Below are positions 28,872-38,003 of a DNA stretch of 64,000 nucleotides, piece after piece. The notes under the pieces were generated by a model. The model worked only from the letters and a program-made list of their open reading frames with translations, was not told where the DNA came from and made no database searches. The stretch spans positions 415,994-479,993 of the forward strand of contig VXSK01000002.1 of the NCBI GenBank assembly GCA_009838035.1, read 5' to 3'. This stretch comes from Gammaproteobacteria bacterium. GTDB lineage: Bacteria > Pseudomonadota > Gammaproteobacteria > Steroidobacterales > Foliamicaceae. The translations under genes and the position numbers were made by a program. Position 1 is the first letter of the stretch. Each line of letters opens with the position of its first letter.

Positions 28872-30206
28872 CTAGGCCGATGCATCGGCCAATTGCGCGC
28901 GCAACGGCCGCCATCCGGACAGCGTGAGCAGGCTGCCGATCGCCAGGAGCAGCGGCACCGAGATCATCAGCGACCATCCCACGGCTGCGTCATCGGCAAA
29001 TACCCGGTCGGTGAACTGCGCGACCAGCCAGGGCCCGCCCGCCTGACCCAGAATGTTCGCAACCAGCAGGTAAAACGCGACGAGCTGGGCGCGGAACTGA
29101 GGGGGCGAGACCATCGGAAGCGCCGCGACGCCGCCGCCGAACGGTATGGCGCCGAACATCACGGCCGGGGCGAGCAACGCGACGGCAACCATCGGATCGG
29201 ATGCAAGGGGGATCGCCACGGCAAATGGCATTGCCAGCAGCCCGCCGAACGTGGAGGTCTTGAGATTGGCGTCGCGATGGCCGCGCGCCTGCATGGCGTC
29301 GGTAAGCCAACCGCCCCCCACGACGCCTATCGTGGCGCATACGAGGAAAACGAAGCCCTGGGCGTAGCCGATGTCTCCCGCCGACCAGCCATGGATGCGA
29401 ATGAAGTACGCCGGAATCCAGGCGCCCAGCGCGAACTGGGCCGCGGCCAGGAACGAAATGCCCGCGTAGATCGCCAGGAACAGGCGGCGGTTGTTGCCGA
29501 CATAGCGCATGGCCTCCAGAAAGCCGCGCCGGTATTCCAGGGAACTTTGCAGGCTGGAAGGCGCGCTTCGCCGGGGCGGCTCACGAACCGACAGGAAAAA
29601 CCAGATGGCGGCCGGAATGCCGGGCAATGCGCCAATGATGAACACGGCCTGCCACAGGCGCAACGGTCCGAAGAACGGCAGCGAGATTCCGTCGGCGGCC
29701 TGGATCGCATTGACGATGTATCCGCCCACCATCAGCGCGATGCCCGAACCGAAGAAGCTGGACGCGGTAAAGACGCTGACGGGCCGCGCCAGCCGCCTGG
29801 GCCTGAAGAAGTCGGCCAGCAGGGAGAAGCCGGCAGGCGTCAGCACCGCCTCGCCCACACCCACCATCATCCGGGCAAAGAAAAGCTGGGCGTAGGTCTG
29901 CGCCAGACCGCAGCAAATGGCGGCCATCGTCCAGGCGCAGATGCCGACGGTAATCAGCAGGCGCCGGTTGGTGCTGTCGGCGATTCGCCCCAACGGAATC
30001 GCCACGAGCGCGTAGAAGACCGCGAAGGCAAAGCCCTGCAGGAGGCTGATCTGGGTGTCGCTGACCGCCAAATCGGCCTTGATGTACTCCACCAGCAGGT
30101 TGATGATCTGCCGGTCGATGAAAGCCACCACGCCGCACACGCACAGCACGAAAACCACGTACCAGCCGTAGCCTTCCCCGGAAAGCCTGCCCTCGCGGGT
30201 GTTCAT
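28872..30206 (-). CDS. MFS transporter
   Basis: 444 aa with about 12 TM helices. MFS loop motif between TM2 and TM3 (GRIADSTNRRLL). Its start overlaps the ligase stop. Confidence 0.8.
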   Translation of the reverse strand: MNTREGRLSGEGYGWYVVFVLCVCGVVAFIDRQIINLLVEYIKADLAVSDTQISLLQGFAFAVFYALVAIPLGRIADSTNRRLLITVGICAWTMAAICCGLAQTYAQLFFARMMVGVGEAVLTPAGFSLLADFFRPRRLARPVSVFTASSFFGSGIALMVGGYIVNAIQAADGISLPFFGPLRLWQAVFIIGALPGIPAAIWFFLSVREPPRRSAPSSLQSSLEYRRGFLEAMRYVGNNRRLFLAIYAGISFLAAAQFALGAWIPAYFIRIHGWSAGDIGYAQGFVFLVCATIGVVGGGWLTDAMQARGHRDANLKTSTFGGLLAMPFAVAIPLASDPMVAVALLAPAVMFGAIPFGGGVAALPMVSPPQFRAQLVAFYLLVANILGQAGGPWLVAQFTDRVFADDAAVGWSLMISVPLLLAIGSLLTLSGWRPLRAQLADASA

Positions 30207-32092
30207 TCGGCGCGGATTCCGGCGCTCTGCAGGCTGGATTCGATTTCTCCCAGGATGGCGGGGTCATCGATGGTGGCCGGAAACGCATACTCCGCGCCGT
30301 CGGCGATCTTCGCCAGCACCCCGCGCAGGACCTTGCCCGAGCGCGTCTTCGGCAATCGGTCCACGACCAGGGCCTTGCGGAACGCGGCGACGGGTCCGAT
30401 GTGCTCGCGGACCAGTGAGACGCACTCACTCACGATCTCGCTTTCCGCCCGTTCGATCCCGGACTTCAGGCACAAAAATCCCAGCGGAACCTGCCCTTTC
30501 AAGGCATCGGCAATACCGGTCACGGCGCATTCGGCCACGTCCGGGTGCATCGCCAGCACTTCCTCGAGCGCGCCGGTCGAAAGGCGGTGGCCGGCCACGT
30601 TGATGACGTCGTCGGTCCGGGTCATGACGTAGAGATAGCCCTCGGCATCCATATAGCCGGCGTCGCCGGTGGTATAGCAGCCGTCGAAATCGCTCAGGTA
30701 TGTTTCCCGAAAGCGGTCGTCGGCCTGCCACAGTGTCGGCAATGCGCCCGGCGGCAACGGCAGGCGGCAAACGATGGATCCCGTTTCTCCGGCCGGCACT
30801 TCGGCGCCGTTCTCGTCCAGCACCCGCACGTCCCAACCCGGAAGCGCCCTGCCGGCGGATCCGGCCTTCACCTCGAACAGTCCCTCACCCAGCAGGTTGC
30901 CGGCAACCGCCCAGCCGGTCTCGGTCTGCCACCAGTGGTCGATGACTGGAATTCCGAGCACCTTGCCGGACCACTCCAGGGTATCCGGGTCGCATCTTTC
31001 TCCCGCCAGGAACAGCGCCCGAAGCGAGCCAAGGTCGTGCTGCCCGGCGTGGGCAAGTTCGGGATCTTCCCGCTTGATCGCGCGGATCGCGGTCGGCGCC
31101 GTAAACAACGCGTTGACTCCATGCTGGCTGACGACCCGCCAGAACGCGCCCGCATCCGGCGTGCCGACCGGCTTGCCTTCGTACAGCACGGAAGTGGCGC
31201 CGGCCAGCAGCGGCCCGTAGACGATGTACGAGTGACCGACCACCCAGCCTATGTCGGAGGCCGCCCAGAACACGTCGCCGGCCGATATGCCGTACAGCGC
31301 CCTCATCGACCAGTGCAGCGCCACGGCATGCCCGCCGTTGTCGCGCACGATGCCCTTCGGTTGCCCGGTAGTGCCCGAGGTATAGAGGATGTATAGGGGA
31401 TCGGTCGCGTTGACGGGAACACAATCGGCGGCCCCGGCATCCCGCACGAAGTCCGTCCATTCCACTTCGCCTTTGCCTTTCAGCTCCGCTTCGAGTTCCG
31501 GCCGTTGCAGGAGAACGACAAGCTCCGGACGATGCGCGGACTGGGCCAGGGCGCCATCCAGCAGAGGTTTGTACTCGACGATGCGATTGGGCTCCAGGCC
31601 GCAACTGGCCGTGAGGATCAGTTTCGGGCGCGCCTGTGTAATCCGGGTCGCCAGTTCCCGGGCGGCGAATCCTCCGAAGACTACCGAGTGAACGACCCCA
31701 AGCCGGGCGCAGGCCAGCATGGCCATGACCGCTTCGGGAATCATCGGCATATAGATCAGCGCGCGGTCGCCGCGGGAAAGTCCGGCCTCCTGGATCGCAC
31801 CGGCCAGTTGCGCCACGCGGTCGCGAAGTTCGGCATACGTAAACCTGCGGATCGCGCCGGTCATGGCGCTGTCGTAAATGAGCGCCGTGCTGTGCGCCGC
31901 CGGGGAATCCGCATGCCGGTCCAGCGCGTTGTAACAGGTGTTCAGTTCAGCGCCGGGAAACCATCGCCCGGACGGCGAACCGCGGTCGAGGACCTCCCCC
32001 CACCTGACGGTCCAGTCAATGCCTTCCGCCGCCTCGGCCCAGAATTCCTCCGGGCCGGCCAGCCATTGCTGCCGAACGCTGTCATAGGACAT
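30203..32092 (-). CDS. Propionate-CoA ligase-like acyl-CoA synthetase (PrpE/Acs family)
   Basis: 629 aa, collinear by eye with E. coli PrpE. Matching blocks: FWAEAAEGIDW, IYMPMIPEAVMAMLACARLGVVHSVVFGGFA, ILYTSGTTGQPKG, ASDIGWVVGHSYIVYGPLLAG, RTDDVINVAGHRL, PKTRSGKVLR. Confidence 0.85.
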   Translation of the reverse strand: MSYDSVRQQWLAGPEEFWAEAAEGIDWTVRWGEVLDRGSPSGRWFPGAELNTCYNALDRHADSPAAHSTALIYDSAMTGAIRRFTYAELRDRVAQLAGAIQEAGLSRGDRALIYMPMIPEAVMAMLACARLGVVHSVVFGGFAARELATRITQARPKLILTASCGLEPNRIVEYKPLLDGALAQSAHRPELVVLLQRPELEAELKGKGEVEWTDFVRDAGAADCVPVNATDPLYILYTSGTTGQPKGIVRDNGGHAVALHWSMRALYGISAGDVFWAASDIGWVVGHSYIVYGPLLAGATSVLYEGKPVGTPDAGAFWRVVSQHGVNALFTAPTAIRAIKREDPELAHAGQHDLGSLRALFLAGERCDPDTLEWSGKVLGIPVIDHWWQTETGWAVAGNLLGEGLFEVKAGSAGRALPGWDVRVLDENGAEVPAGETGSIVCRLPLPPGALPTLWQADDRFRETYLSDFDGCYTTGDAGYMDAEGYLYVMTRTDDVINVAGHRLSTGALEEVLAMHPDVAECAVTGIADALKGQVPLGFLCLKSGIERAESEIVSECVSLVREHIGPVAAFRKALVVDRLPKTRSGKVLRGVLAKIADGAEYAFPATIDDPAILGEIESSLQSAGIRAE

Positions 32093-32124
32093 ACGCGTTT
32101 ACGCTCCCTGCGACGCGATAGGCG

Positions 32125-33000
32125 TCAATTAGTCCCTGAGACTGGCGCCCTGGTCCGCCCCATGGCGCCCAAGAGTCTCCATTCGCCGGACTCGAACGCC
32201 CAGATGTGCGTGATCTCGAAATGCTGGTCCACCGGCTCCCCGCCCGGCATGCGGGTCCGATGGGTGCGGTAGTAAATCACTGCCGTATTTCCGGAGAACG
32301 CAATGTTGCCGAACTCCAGGGTGAGTTCTTCCTGATCGATTCCACGCATCTGCTCGACCCCGGCCCGCAACTGGTCAATCCCCGACGGCTTTTGCCAGCC
32401 CGGAGGCCAACCCAAATAATGCTCCGAAGCGTTATCGACGTAATACTGAAGGTCACCCTGTCCGCGGGCTGCGTAGATGGCCTGCTCCTTTTCCCAGATC
32501 TCCGCCTTGGCTTGCTCCCGGTCGTAGCCCGGTGACGTGTAGCGTCCCAGGGCGCCGAGCAGTTTCCATTCGCCTGCCTCCCGGACCCAGACATGGGCAA
32601 TGTCCGCCGTCTGGTCTACCGTTTCTCCATCGGGCAGGCGTGTCTTGTGCGTGCTGTAGTAGATCACCGCGGTGTTGCCGGAAAAAGTGATGTCGCCGAA
32701 CTCCATGGCGATCTCCTCCTGGTCCTTGCCGCGCATCTGCTCGGCGCCCTCACGCAACTGCTCGACCCCGAGCGGGTCCGGCGAGCCCGGTGGCCAGCCC
32801 ATGTAATCGCCAGCCGTTAAGCCCACGTAGACCCCCAGGTCGCCGCGGCTCCTGCCCTCGAAAATCGCCTGCTCCTTCGTCCAGATCTCATCCCTGGCGG
32901 CCGCCCGGTCGTATACCGCGTTACTCGAAGGCGGTCCGGCGCAGGCCGCGACGAGCATTGTCAGCAGCGGGATGGCCGCGCTACCTCCGAAATACTTCAT
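32125..33000 (-). CDS. Lipoprotein with two tandem NTF2/SnoaL-like (DUF4440-like) domains
   Basis: Lipobox LVAAC. Two ~135-aa repeats share EIW(T/E)KEQAI, GWPPG, EF G(D/N)I(T/A)FSGNTAVIYY and GEW(K/R)LLGA(L/M)GR. I chose the start at MKYFGG (33000). Confidence 0.6.
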   Translation of the reverse strand: MKYFGGSAAIPLLTMLVAACAGPPSSNAVYDRAAARDEIWTKEQAIFEGRSRGDLGVYVGLTAGDYMGWPPGSPDPLGVEQLREGAEQMRGKDQEEIAMEFGDITFSGNTAVIYYSTHKTRLPDGETVDQTADIAHVWVREAGEWKLLGALGRYTSPGYDREQAKAEIWEKEQAIYAARGQGDLQYYVDNASEHYLGWPPGWQKPSGIDQLRAGVEQMRGIDQEELTLEFGNIAFSGNTAVIYYRTHRTRMPGGEPVDQHFEITHIWAFESGEWRLLGAMGRTRAPVSGTN

Positions 33001-33002
33001 CA

Positions 33003-33521
33003 CTATTGTTTCTCCCCGTCTGTGTTGCGGTTGGCGGGCGGCACGAACCGCATCCATTCCATCAATTCCTCCACGCCCTCGGGGCGTGGGAACGCTTCGG
33101 GCATCGGTTCGCCCGGCCGGCGCTTGCGGCCGATTCCGCGAAACCAGTGCTCCAGGCCGGGCGGCAGAAACACCCAGAACAACTCCATATCTATGTCGCC
33201 GGTATTCTCAAGTATGTGGCGCGCATACCTGCCGAACAGCACGGTCGATCCTTCCGTGATCGGATACTCGTTTCCCTCGATCTCCACCCGCCCCTTGCCC
33301 TTGTGGACGAAGATCAGCTCGTGGTTGCGCCGGTGGCCGTGCTCGCGGATATGACAGCCCGGAGGCAGCAACTGCGTGCCCGACGTAAAGCCGTCGTAGG
33401 GCGTGTTCTCGGGCGTTAGCTTGAGGTCCACATAGCCCCGTGAAGGCAGCGGCTGCCAAAGGGACTCGCCCTCCTCGGGTCCGATCACCGCCCACCAGGG
33501 CTCATTGTGCCGTTCGTTCAT
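33003..33521 (-). CDS. Cupin-domain protein
   Basis: 172 aa with cupin motifs (GCHIREHGHRRNHELIFVHKGKG ... GSTVLFGRYARHILEN). Confidence 0.7.
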   Translation of the reverse strand: MNERHNEPWWAVIGPEEGESLWQPLPSRGYVDLKLTPENTPYDGFTSGTQLLPPGCHIREHGHRRNHELIFVHKGKGRVEIEGNEYPITEGSTVLFGRYARHILENTGDIDMELFWVFLPPGLEHWFRGIGRKRRPGEPMPEAFPRPEGVEELMEWMRFVPPANRNTDGEKQ

Positions 33522-33611
33522 CCCTCACCCCGTTCCCGCGACCGAAAGTGCATCATACTGCGGCTGGCGATGAGCCGAAGATCTCCGCTGCTCCGCCGGT
33601 ACGACAGGCCT

Positions 33612-34529
33612 TTAGCGCGGATCGGTTTCCTGCTTGAGACCGGCGAGCCATTCTTCATCCTGTTCATAGCGTTTCAGGTCCGCGAAGTGAAAGCGCAATA
33701 GAGCTACAAGGAACAGAATGGCCGCAAAGTTCAGCGTATAAAGGATCCGAAAAAATACACCAACCCCATCGGTGTACGCAGCAATATTGCTCAATTGACT
33801 CACATCGAACAAACCCGAATCGGGCAACACGAAATGCAGGTAGTAGAACGGGTTGCTTTCACCGAGAGACTCCCTGAACAGCTCTCCATCCGCAATAAGC
33901 GCCAGTAACCCGGCAAGAAAAGGCGGCATGTACAGGGAAAGCATGAAGGCCATGGAACCGGAAAGCAGACCCAGGCTAAGCAGATAGACGATTTCAAAAT
34001 GCCAATGAGCAGGTGTGCCTTCCTCCTGGAGCAAACTCATAAACAAGGCCAATTCGGTGCCCAGGATCAGCCAGAAGCCTGTTATCACGGTCATTGCGGC
34101 CAGGTATTTCCCAAGAAGGTACTCCCCCCGCGTCACGGATCCGGAGACTGCTTGCCTGGCCGTCCCCGAACCCATATCGCGGCGGACCCCGGTGGCGCCG
34201 AGGTAGAGAGTCGCGAGAATGCCGAGGAACACCGATACGCCGACGTACCAGACGATGACATTCGCACCAAAGCGCGCGAGTGACCTGTTGTAGCCGGCTT
34301 GCTCGTAGACGTCGACTTCGCCGGCCTCCTCTGTCTGCTGCGACTCGTCCTGCTGCGACTCGTACTGGGCAACCGCGTCCAACGCGTCCTCGACGTAAAT
34401 GCGTGCTGCGGCGGCGGCCAGGCCGAGCACCATGGTCAGAATCGTGCAGAACAGCATGAAGCCCCTCAACCCCCGCCGCTGCAAAAGGCTCACAAGGCTT
34501 TCCCGGGCTATCTCGAAGACCGCGCTCAT
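33612..34529 (-). CDS. Polytopic membrane protein, ABC-2-type permease-like (no adjacent ATPase)
   Basis: 305 aa. An N-terminal TM helix is followed by an acidic Q/E-rich loop and then about 5 TM helices. Its start overlaps the stop of the thioredoxin-like gene. Confidence 0.45.
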   Translation of the reverse strand: MSAVFEIARESLVSLLQRRGLRGFMLFCTILTMVLGLAAAAARIYVEDALDAVAQYESQQDESQQTEEAGEVDVYEQAGYNRSLARFGANVIVWYVGVSVFLGILATLYLGATGVRRDMGSGTARQAVSGSVTRGEYLLGKYLAAMTVITGFWLILGTELALFMSLLQEEGTPAHWHFEIVYLLSLGLLSGSMAFMLSLYMPPFLAGLLALIADGELFRESLGESNPFYYLHFVLPDSGLFDVSQLSNIAAYTDGVGVFFRILYTLNFAAILFLVALLRFHFADLKRYEQDEEWLAGLKQETDPR

Positions 34530-35185
34530 GGATTCCGCCTGCCGCCGGGATCTTCCGCCGGCGTGGTCAAGCTCTTCAGTTTGTCGGACACGCGCTCAAG
34601 ACGATTGGAACGGTTCCGCCACCGGAGTCGGCCTCGGGGCGGGTAGCCGGATTCAATATGCTCGATTCGGCCATCCATTCCGACTATCGCCAGCACCGGC
34701 ACCCCGGGCAAACGGAAACGTGTCCTGACTTCGGCGGCCGGATCGGTCAGCACACCGAAACTGAACGGGACCCACGGCACCGGCTCCTTAAACCTGCGTT
34801 CGGTCTTTTCTGACAGATCATCAATCTTCTCTCGAACCGTTTGCGGGTTCTCGCCCACGTTGACGGCCAGGAATTCAATGCCGCGATCGCTGAGCCAGTG
34901 GTTCAGACTTTGAAATTGTTCGAGACTCTCATCGCAGGTTGAGCACCAACTCGTCCAGAACTGGAGCACGACCACTTTCCGGTCGCGGAACTGCGACAAC
35001 TCGACGCGCCTTCCATTAATGTCGAGCAAGGAAAAGTCGGACGCCGGTTCGCCCACTGCGATATTGCCCATACGCGCGACCGACCCAACCGTTAGTGCGT
35101 AGCTGGATTTCACGTATGAATGAAGCGCGACGGTAGCCACCCCAAAAACCAGGAGCCCCAGGATCCAGATTTCTCTGCGGCGCAT
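34526..35185 (-). CDS. Membrane-anchored thioredoxin-fold thiol:disulfide oxidoreductase (TlpA/ResA-like)
   Basis: N-terminal anchor IWILGLLVFGVATVALH and a redox motif in VVVLQFWTSWCSTCDESLEQF. I chose the start at Met67 of the listed ORF (MRRREIW). Confidence 0.75.
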   Translation of the reverse strand: MRRREIWILGLLVFGVATVALHSYVKSSYALTVGSVARMGNIAVGEPASDFSLLDINGRRVELSQFRDRKVVVLQFWTSWCSTCDESLEQFQSLNHWLSDRGIEFLAVNVGENPQTVREKIDDLSEKTERRFKEPVPWVPFSFGVLTDPAAEVRTRFRLPGVPVLAIVGMDGRIEHIESGYPPRGRLRWRNRSNRLERVSDKLKSLTTPAEDPGGRRNP

Positions 35186-35284
35186 AATCAGGAGTTTAAG
35201 CGTACTGTGCAAAGACTGCAGGTGTGTATCCTGGGGCGCCGATAGCAGCCTTTGCTGATGGCAGAATGGCGCAGGTGGCGCGCA

Positions 35285-36052
35285 ATGGAATCTCCAATGA
35301 ACAGCAACGTAGCAAGGCGGCAAATCCTGTCGATGGCCCTTGGCCTGATTCTGGCGACTCCGGTGTTGGCGCAGGAAAGCCATAAGGTGCTCGTGGTTGG
35401 CGCCTCGGGCGGCACCGGCCGCTTCATCATCGCCATGCTCGAAGAGCAGGGGTACGAGGTTGTGCCCACTAGCCGCAGTCCCGAAAGGGCGGCGGAACCG
35501 GTGGGAGGCGACTTCGCCTGGCGGCAGATGGACCTGACCTCAAGGGAAAGCGTGGACGCGGTCGTGAGGGACGTGGACTTCATTGTGACGGCGCATGGGG
35601 CAACCCAGGCGCAAGGACCGAACGATCCGGAGCAGGTCGATTGGATCGGCACCCGTTATCTCATTGACGTCGCCGGGAAAATCGGCGTGAAGCACTACGT
35701 GATGATCTCGGCGGCCAGCGCGGGGAACCCGGACTCGCCGCTGAACGAGAGATTCGGCAATGTCCTGGTATGGAAAGGACGCGCCGAGGACTACCTCCGC
35801 GAATCCGGCCTTCCCTATACGATCGTGCGCGGTCCGGGCCTCCGCGACAATCCCGGAGGGGAAAAGCCCATCGTCCTCGAACAGGGCGGTTCAGGCCGGC
35901 GCTTGATGGAACGCGAAGACCTGGCTACCGTCACGGTCGCCGTATTGAACAACGAAGCCGCCATGGGAAAAACCTTCGTCGCCCGTAACGCCGACGAAGG
36001 CGGCGCAGCGATAGATTTGAACCGGCAACTCGAAAGCCTGCAGCCGGATTAA
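35285..36052 (+). CDS. NAD(P)H-binding atypical SDR (NmrA-like) with twin-arginine-type signal
   Basis: NVARRQILSMALGLILATPVLAQE is followed by VLVVGASGGTGRFII, a TGxxGxxG-like Rossmann motif. The start could be MESP (35285) or MNSN (35297). Confidence 0.7.
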   Translation: MESPMNSNVARRQILSMALGLILATPVLAQESHKVLVVGASGGTGRFIIAMLEEQGYEVVPTSRSPERAAEPVGGDFAWRQMDLTSRESVDAVVRDVDFIVTAHGATQAQGPNDPEQVDWIGTRYLIDVAGKIGVKHYVMISAASAGNPDSPLNERFGNVLVWKGRAEDYLRESGLPYTIVRGPGLRDNPGGEKPIVLEQGGSGRRLMEREDLATVTVAVLNNEAAMGKTFVARNADEGGAAIDLNRQLESLQPD

Positions 36053-36065
36053 CGGCAGCAGGCTT

Positions 36066-36084
36066 CGAGGGCGGGACGCCCTCG
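36066..36084. terminator. Short GC hairpin between convergent genes (weak bidirectional terminator candidate)
   Basis: CGAGGGCG-gga-CGCCCTCG gives an 8-bp stem. There is no U-tract on either strand. Confidence 0.25.
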
Positions 36085-36108
36085 CCAAGTGGATGTACTC
36101 GGCTTTGC

Positions 36109-37989
36109 TTACGCGGCGGAACCGAACCAGTTCTGGAATTCGGGCGCGGCGGGGGCCGGCAGACCGGTCTCCTCTTCGCAGCGGGCCTTCAGTTCCTCCG
36201 TGGTTCCGCCGAAATCGAACAGCAGAGTGTCGCCACGCTCGGTGGCCATGTCCGAACGCAGTTTCTCAGTCGCGCCGTCGTCCACCTCGCCGTCCTCATT
36301 GCAGACCACACCGTAGCGGCGCGCGCCATCCACACTAACCAGGCCGGCAGCGACATCGAAGCCCACCTGCTCGGCGGGACGCTTGAGCGGGTCGCCCCAG
36401 CCGCCGCCCCCCCAGGTGTCGAAGTACAGCAGGTCGCCCGGCTCCACCTTGATCCGGTCGCATTTCGACTGCAGCAATTCCTCGCTGCCGTCCGTGCGGT
36501 GCAGGATCTTGCGGCTGCGCTGTCCGGGCAGGCCGCCATTCACTCCCCAGGGATAGGTGAGCCAGCGGTCGTCATGGATCGAGATCTCGCCCGGTTCCAG
36601 GAACCGGTAACCCACCCGCAATGCGTTGCCGCCGCGGTGCAGGCCGGGACCGCCGCTGTCCGCCAGGGTCTCGTAGACGTCGATGCGCAATGGGAAGTAG
36701 CTCTCCAGGAATTCGTTCGGCACGTTGGTGAAGCTCGGCCACAGCGAATGGCCGTCGGGGCCGTCGCCGAAGGGCTTGCCGGGAATCCCGCCGAAGCCGA
36801 TCTGGTAGAGCTGGTACCACTCGCCGTCGGCGCGCCGGTAGCCGGAATACATGAAGTGCGGGCTGTCGGAAAAGCCGGCCGCACACAAGAAATCCGGGTT
36901 GCCCTGCCCCAGCAGCCCGCCCAGGATGTCGAAAATGCGTCCCAGGGCGTGGGTGCGGCATGACAGCGCCGCCGGGAACCTGGGCTTGAGCAAGGTCCCC
37001 TCGGGAATGCGCACCTCCATCAGATCATAGAACCCGTCGTTGAACATGATCTGTGGATCGAAAACCATGATCATGTACACGCCGGCGAACATCTTGAACA
37101 TTTCCTCGTTCAGGTAGAAGTTCACCGAGCTGATGGATTGGGGATCGGTGCCCTCGAAGTCGAAGATCACCTTCTCGCCCTCACGCCACATCGCGCACTT
37201 GATCTTGTACGGCCCCATGCCCAGCCCGTCGTCGCAGATGAAGTCCTCGAAATACTGCTTCGTCTCCGGCACCGTCATGTTGATGAGCGTGCCCATGGCA
37301 CGCTTGTTACGGTCAAGCAGTTCTTCCAGCGCGGAGTAGTAGACGTCGTCGCCGAATCGCTCCGCCATCTCCAGCACGCGCTTCTCCGCGGTGCGGATGG
37401 CGGCCACGATGGCGTTGAAGTCGCTGCGGTTCCAGTGCGGCAGCCGGCAATTGTGAAGTATCAGGCGCAGGACATCTTCCTGCAGTTCGTCATTCTTGTA
37501 GATCTTGACCGGAGGCACACGAATGCCCTCCTCGAAGATCTGCCGGGCGTCGGTGGGCAGGCTGCCGGGCACCTTGCCGCCGATGTCGGTCATGTGTCCG
37601 AACATCGACGCGTAGGCGATCAGGCGCCCGTCCTTGTAGATCGGCCGCAGCAGCAGCCAGTCGTTGGCGTGGCTCACGGCCCCGTTACAGGCATAGGGGT
37701 CCGTGGTGAGGAACATGTCGCCTTCCTCGATCGTCCCGTCGTAGGCCTCCTTGAAGCCGTGAATGAAACTGCCGAACTGCCCCACGACCATCTTGCCTTC
37801 CAGGTTGGCGATCATGGGGAACTCGTCGTGCTGCTCGCGGATGCCGGGCGACATGGCGGTGCGGAACAGCACCGCGTCCATCTCCCAGCGGGCGTTGAGC
37901 ATCGCGTTTTCGATGATGTCCAGCGTAATGGGATCCAGCTCCACGCGGTTATAGGGGCGTGGGCGGCTTTCTATGATTTGTGCAGGCAT
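36109..37989 (-). CDS. hyuB: Hydantoinase B/oxoprolinase-family subunit
   Basis: 626 aa starting DPITLDIIENAMLNARWEMDAVLFRTAMSPGIRE, typical of HyuB. It lies directly downstream of a HyuA-type gene. Confidence 0.85.
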   Translation of the reverse strand: MPAQIIESRPRPYNRVELDPITLDIIENAMLNARWEMDAVLFRTAMSPGIREQHDEFPMIANLEGKMVVGQFGSFIHGFKEAYDGTIEEGDMFLTTDPYACNGAVSHANDWLLLRPIYKDGRLIAYASMFGHMTDIGGKVPGSLPTDARQIFEEGIRVPPVKIYKNDELQEDVLRLILHNCRLPHWNRSDFNAIVAAIRTAEKRVLEMAERFGDDVYYSALEELLDRNKRAMGTLINMTVPETKQYFEDFICDDGLGMGPYKIKCAMWREGEKVIFDFEGTDPQSISSVNFYLNEEMFKMFAGVYMIMVFDPQIMFNDGFYDLMEVRIPEGTLLKPRFPAALSCRTHALGRIFDILGGLLGQGNPDFLCAAGFSDSPHFMYSGYRRADGEWYQLYQIGFGGIPGKPFGDGPDGHSLWPSFTNVPNEFLESYFPLRIDVYETLADSGGPGLHRGGNALRVGYRFLEPGEISIHDDRWLTYPWGVNGGLPGQRSRKILHRTDGSEELLQSKCDRIKVEPGDLLYFDTWGGGGWGDPLKRPAEQVGFDVAAGLVSVDGARRYGVVCNEDGEVDDGATEKLRSDMATERGDTLLFDFGGTTEELKARCEEETGLPAPAAPEFQNWFGSAA

Positions 37990-38003
37990 TGTCTAACTCC
38001 CGT

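Noticed and set aside
34335-34364. 15-nt tandem repeat (CTGCTGCGACTCGT-N, two copies).
   Set aside because: It lies inside the CDS of the ABC-2-like membrane protein and encodes a duplicated ESQQ(D/T) unit in an acidic low-complexity loop. It is probably replication slippage of no separate significance.
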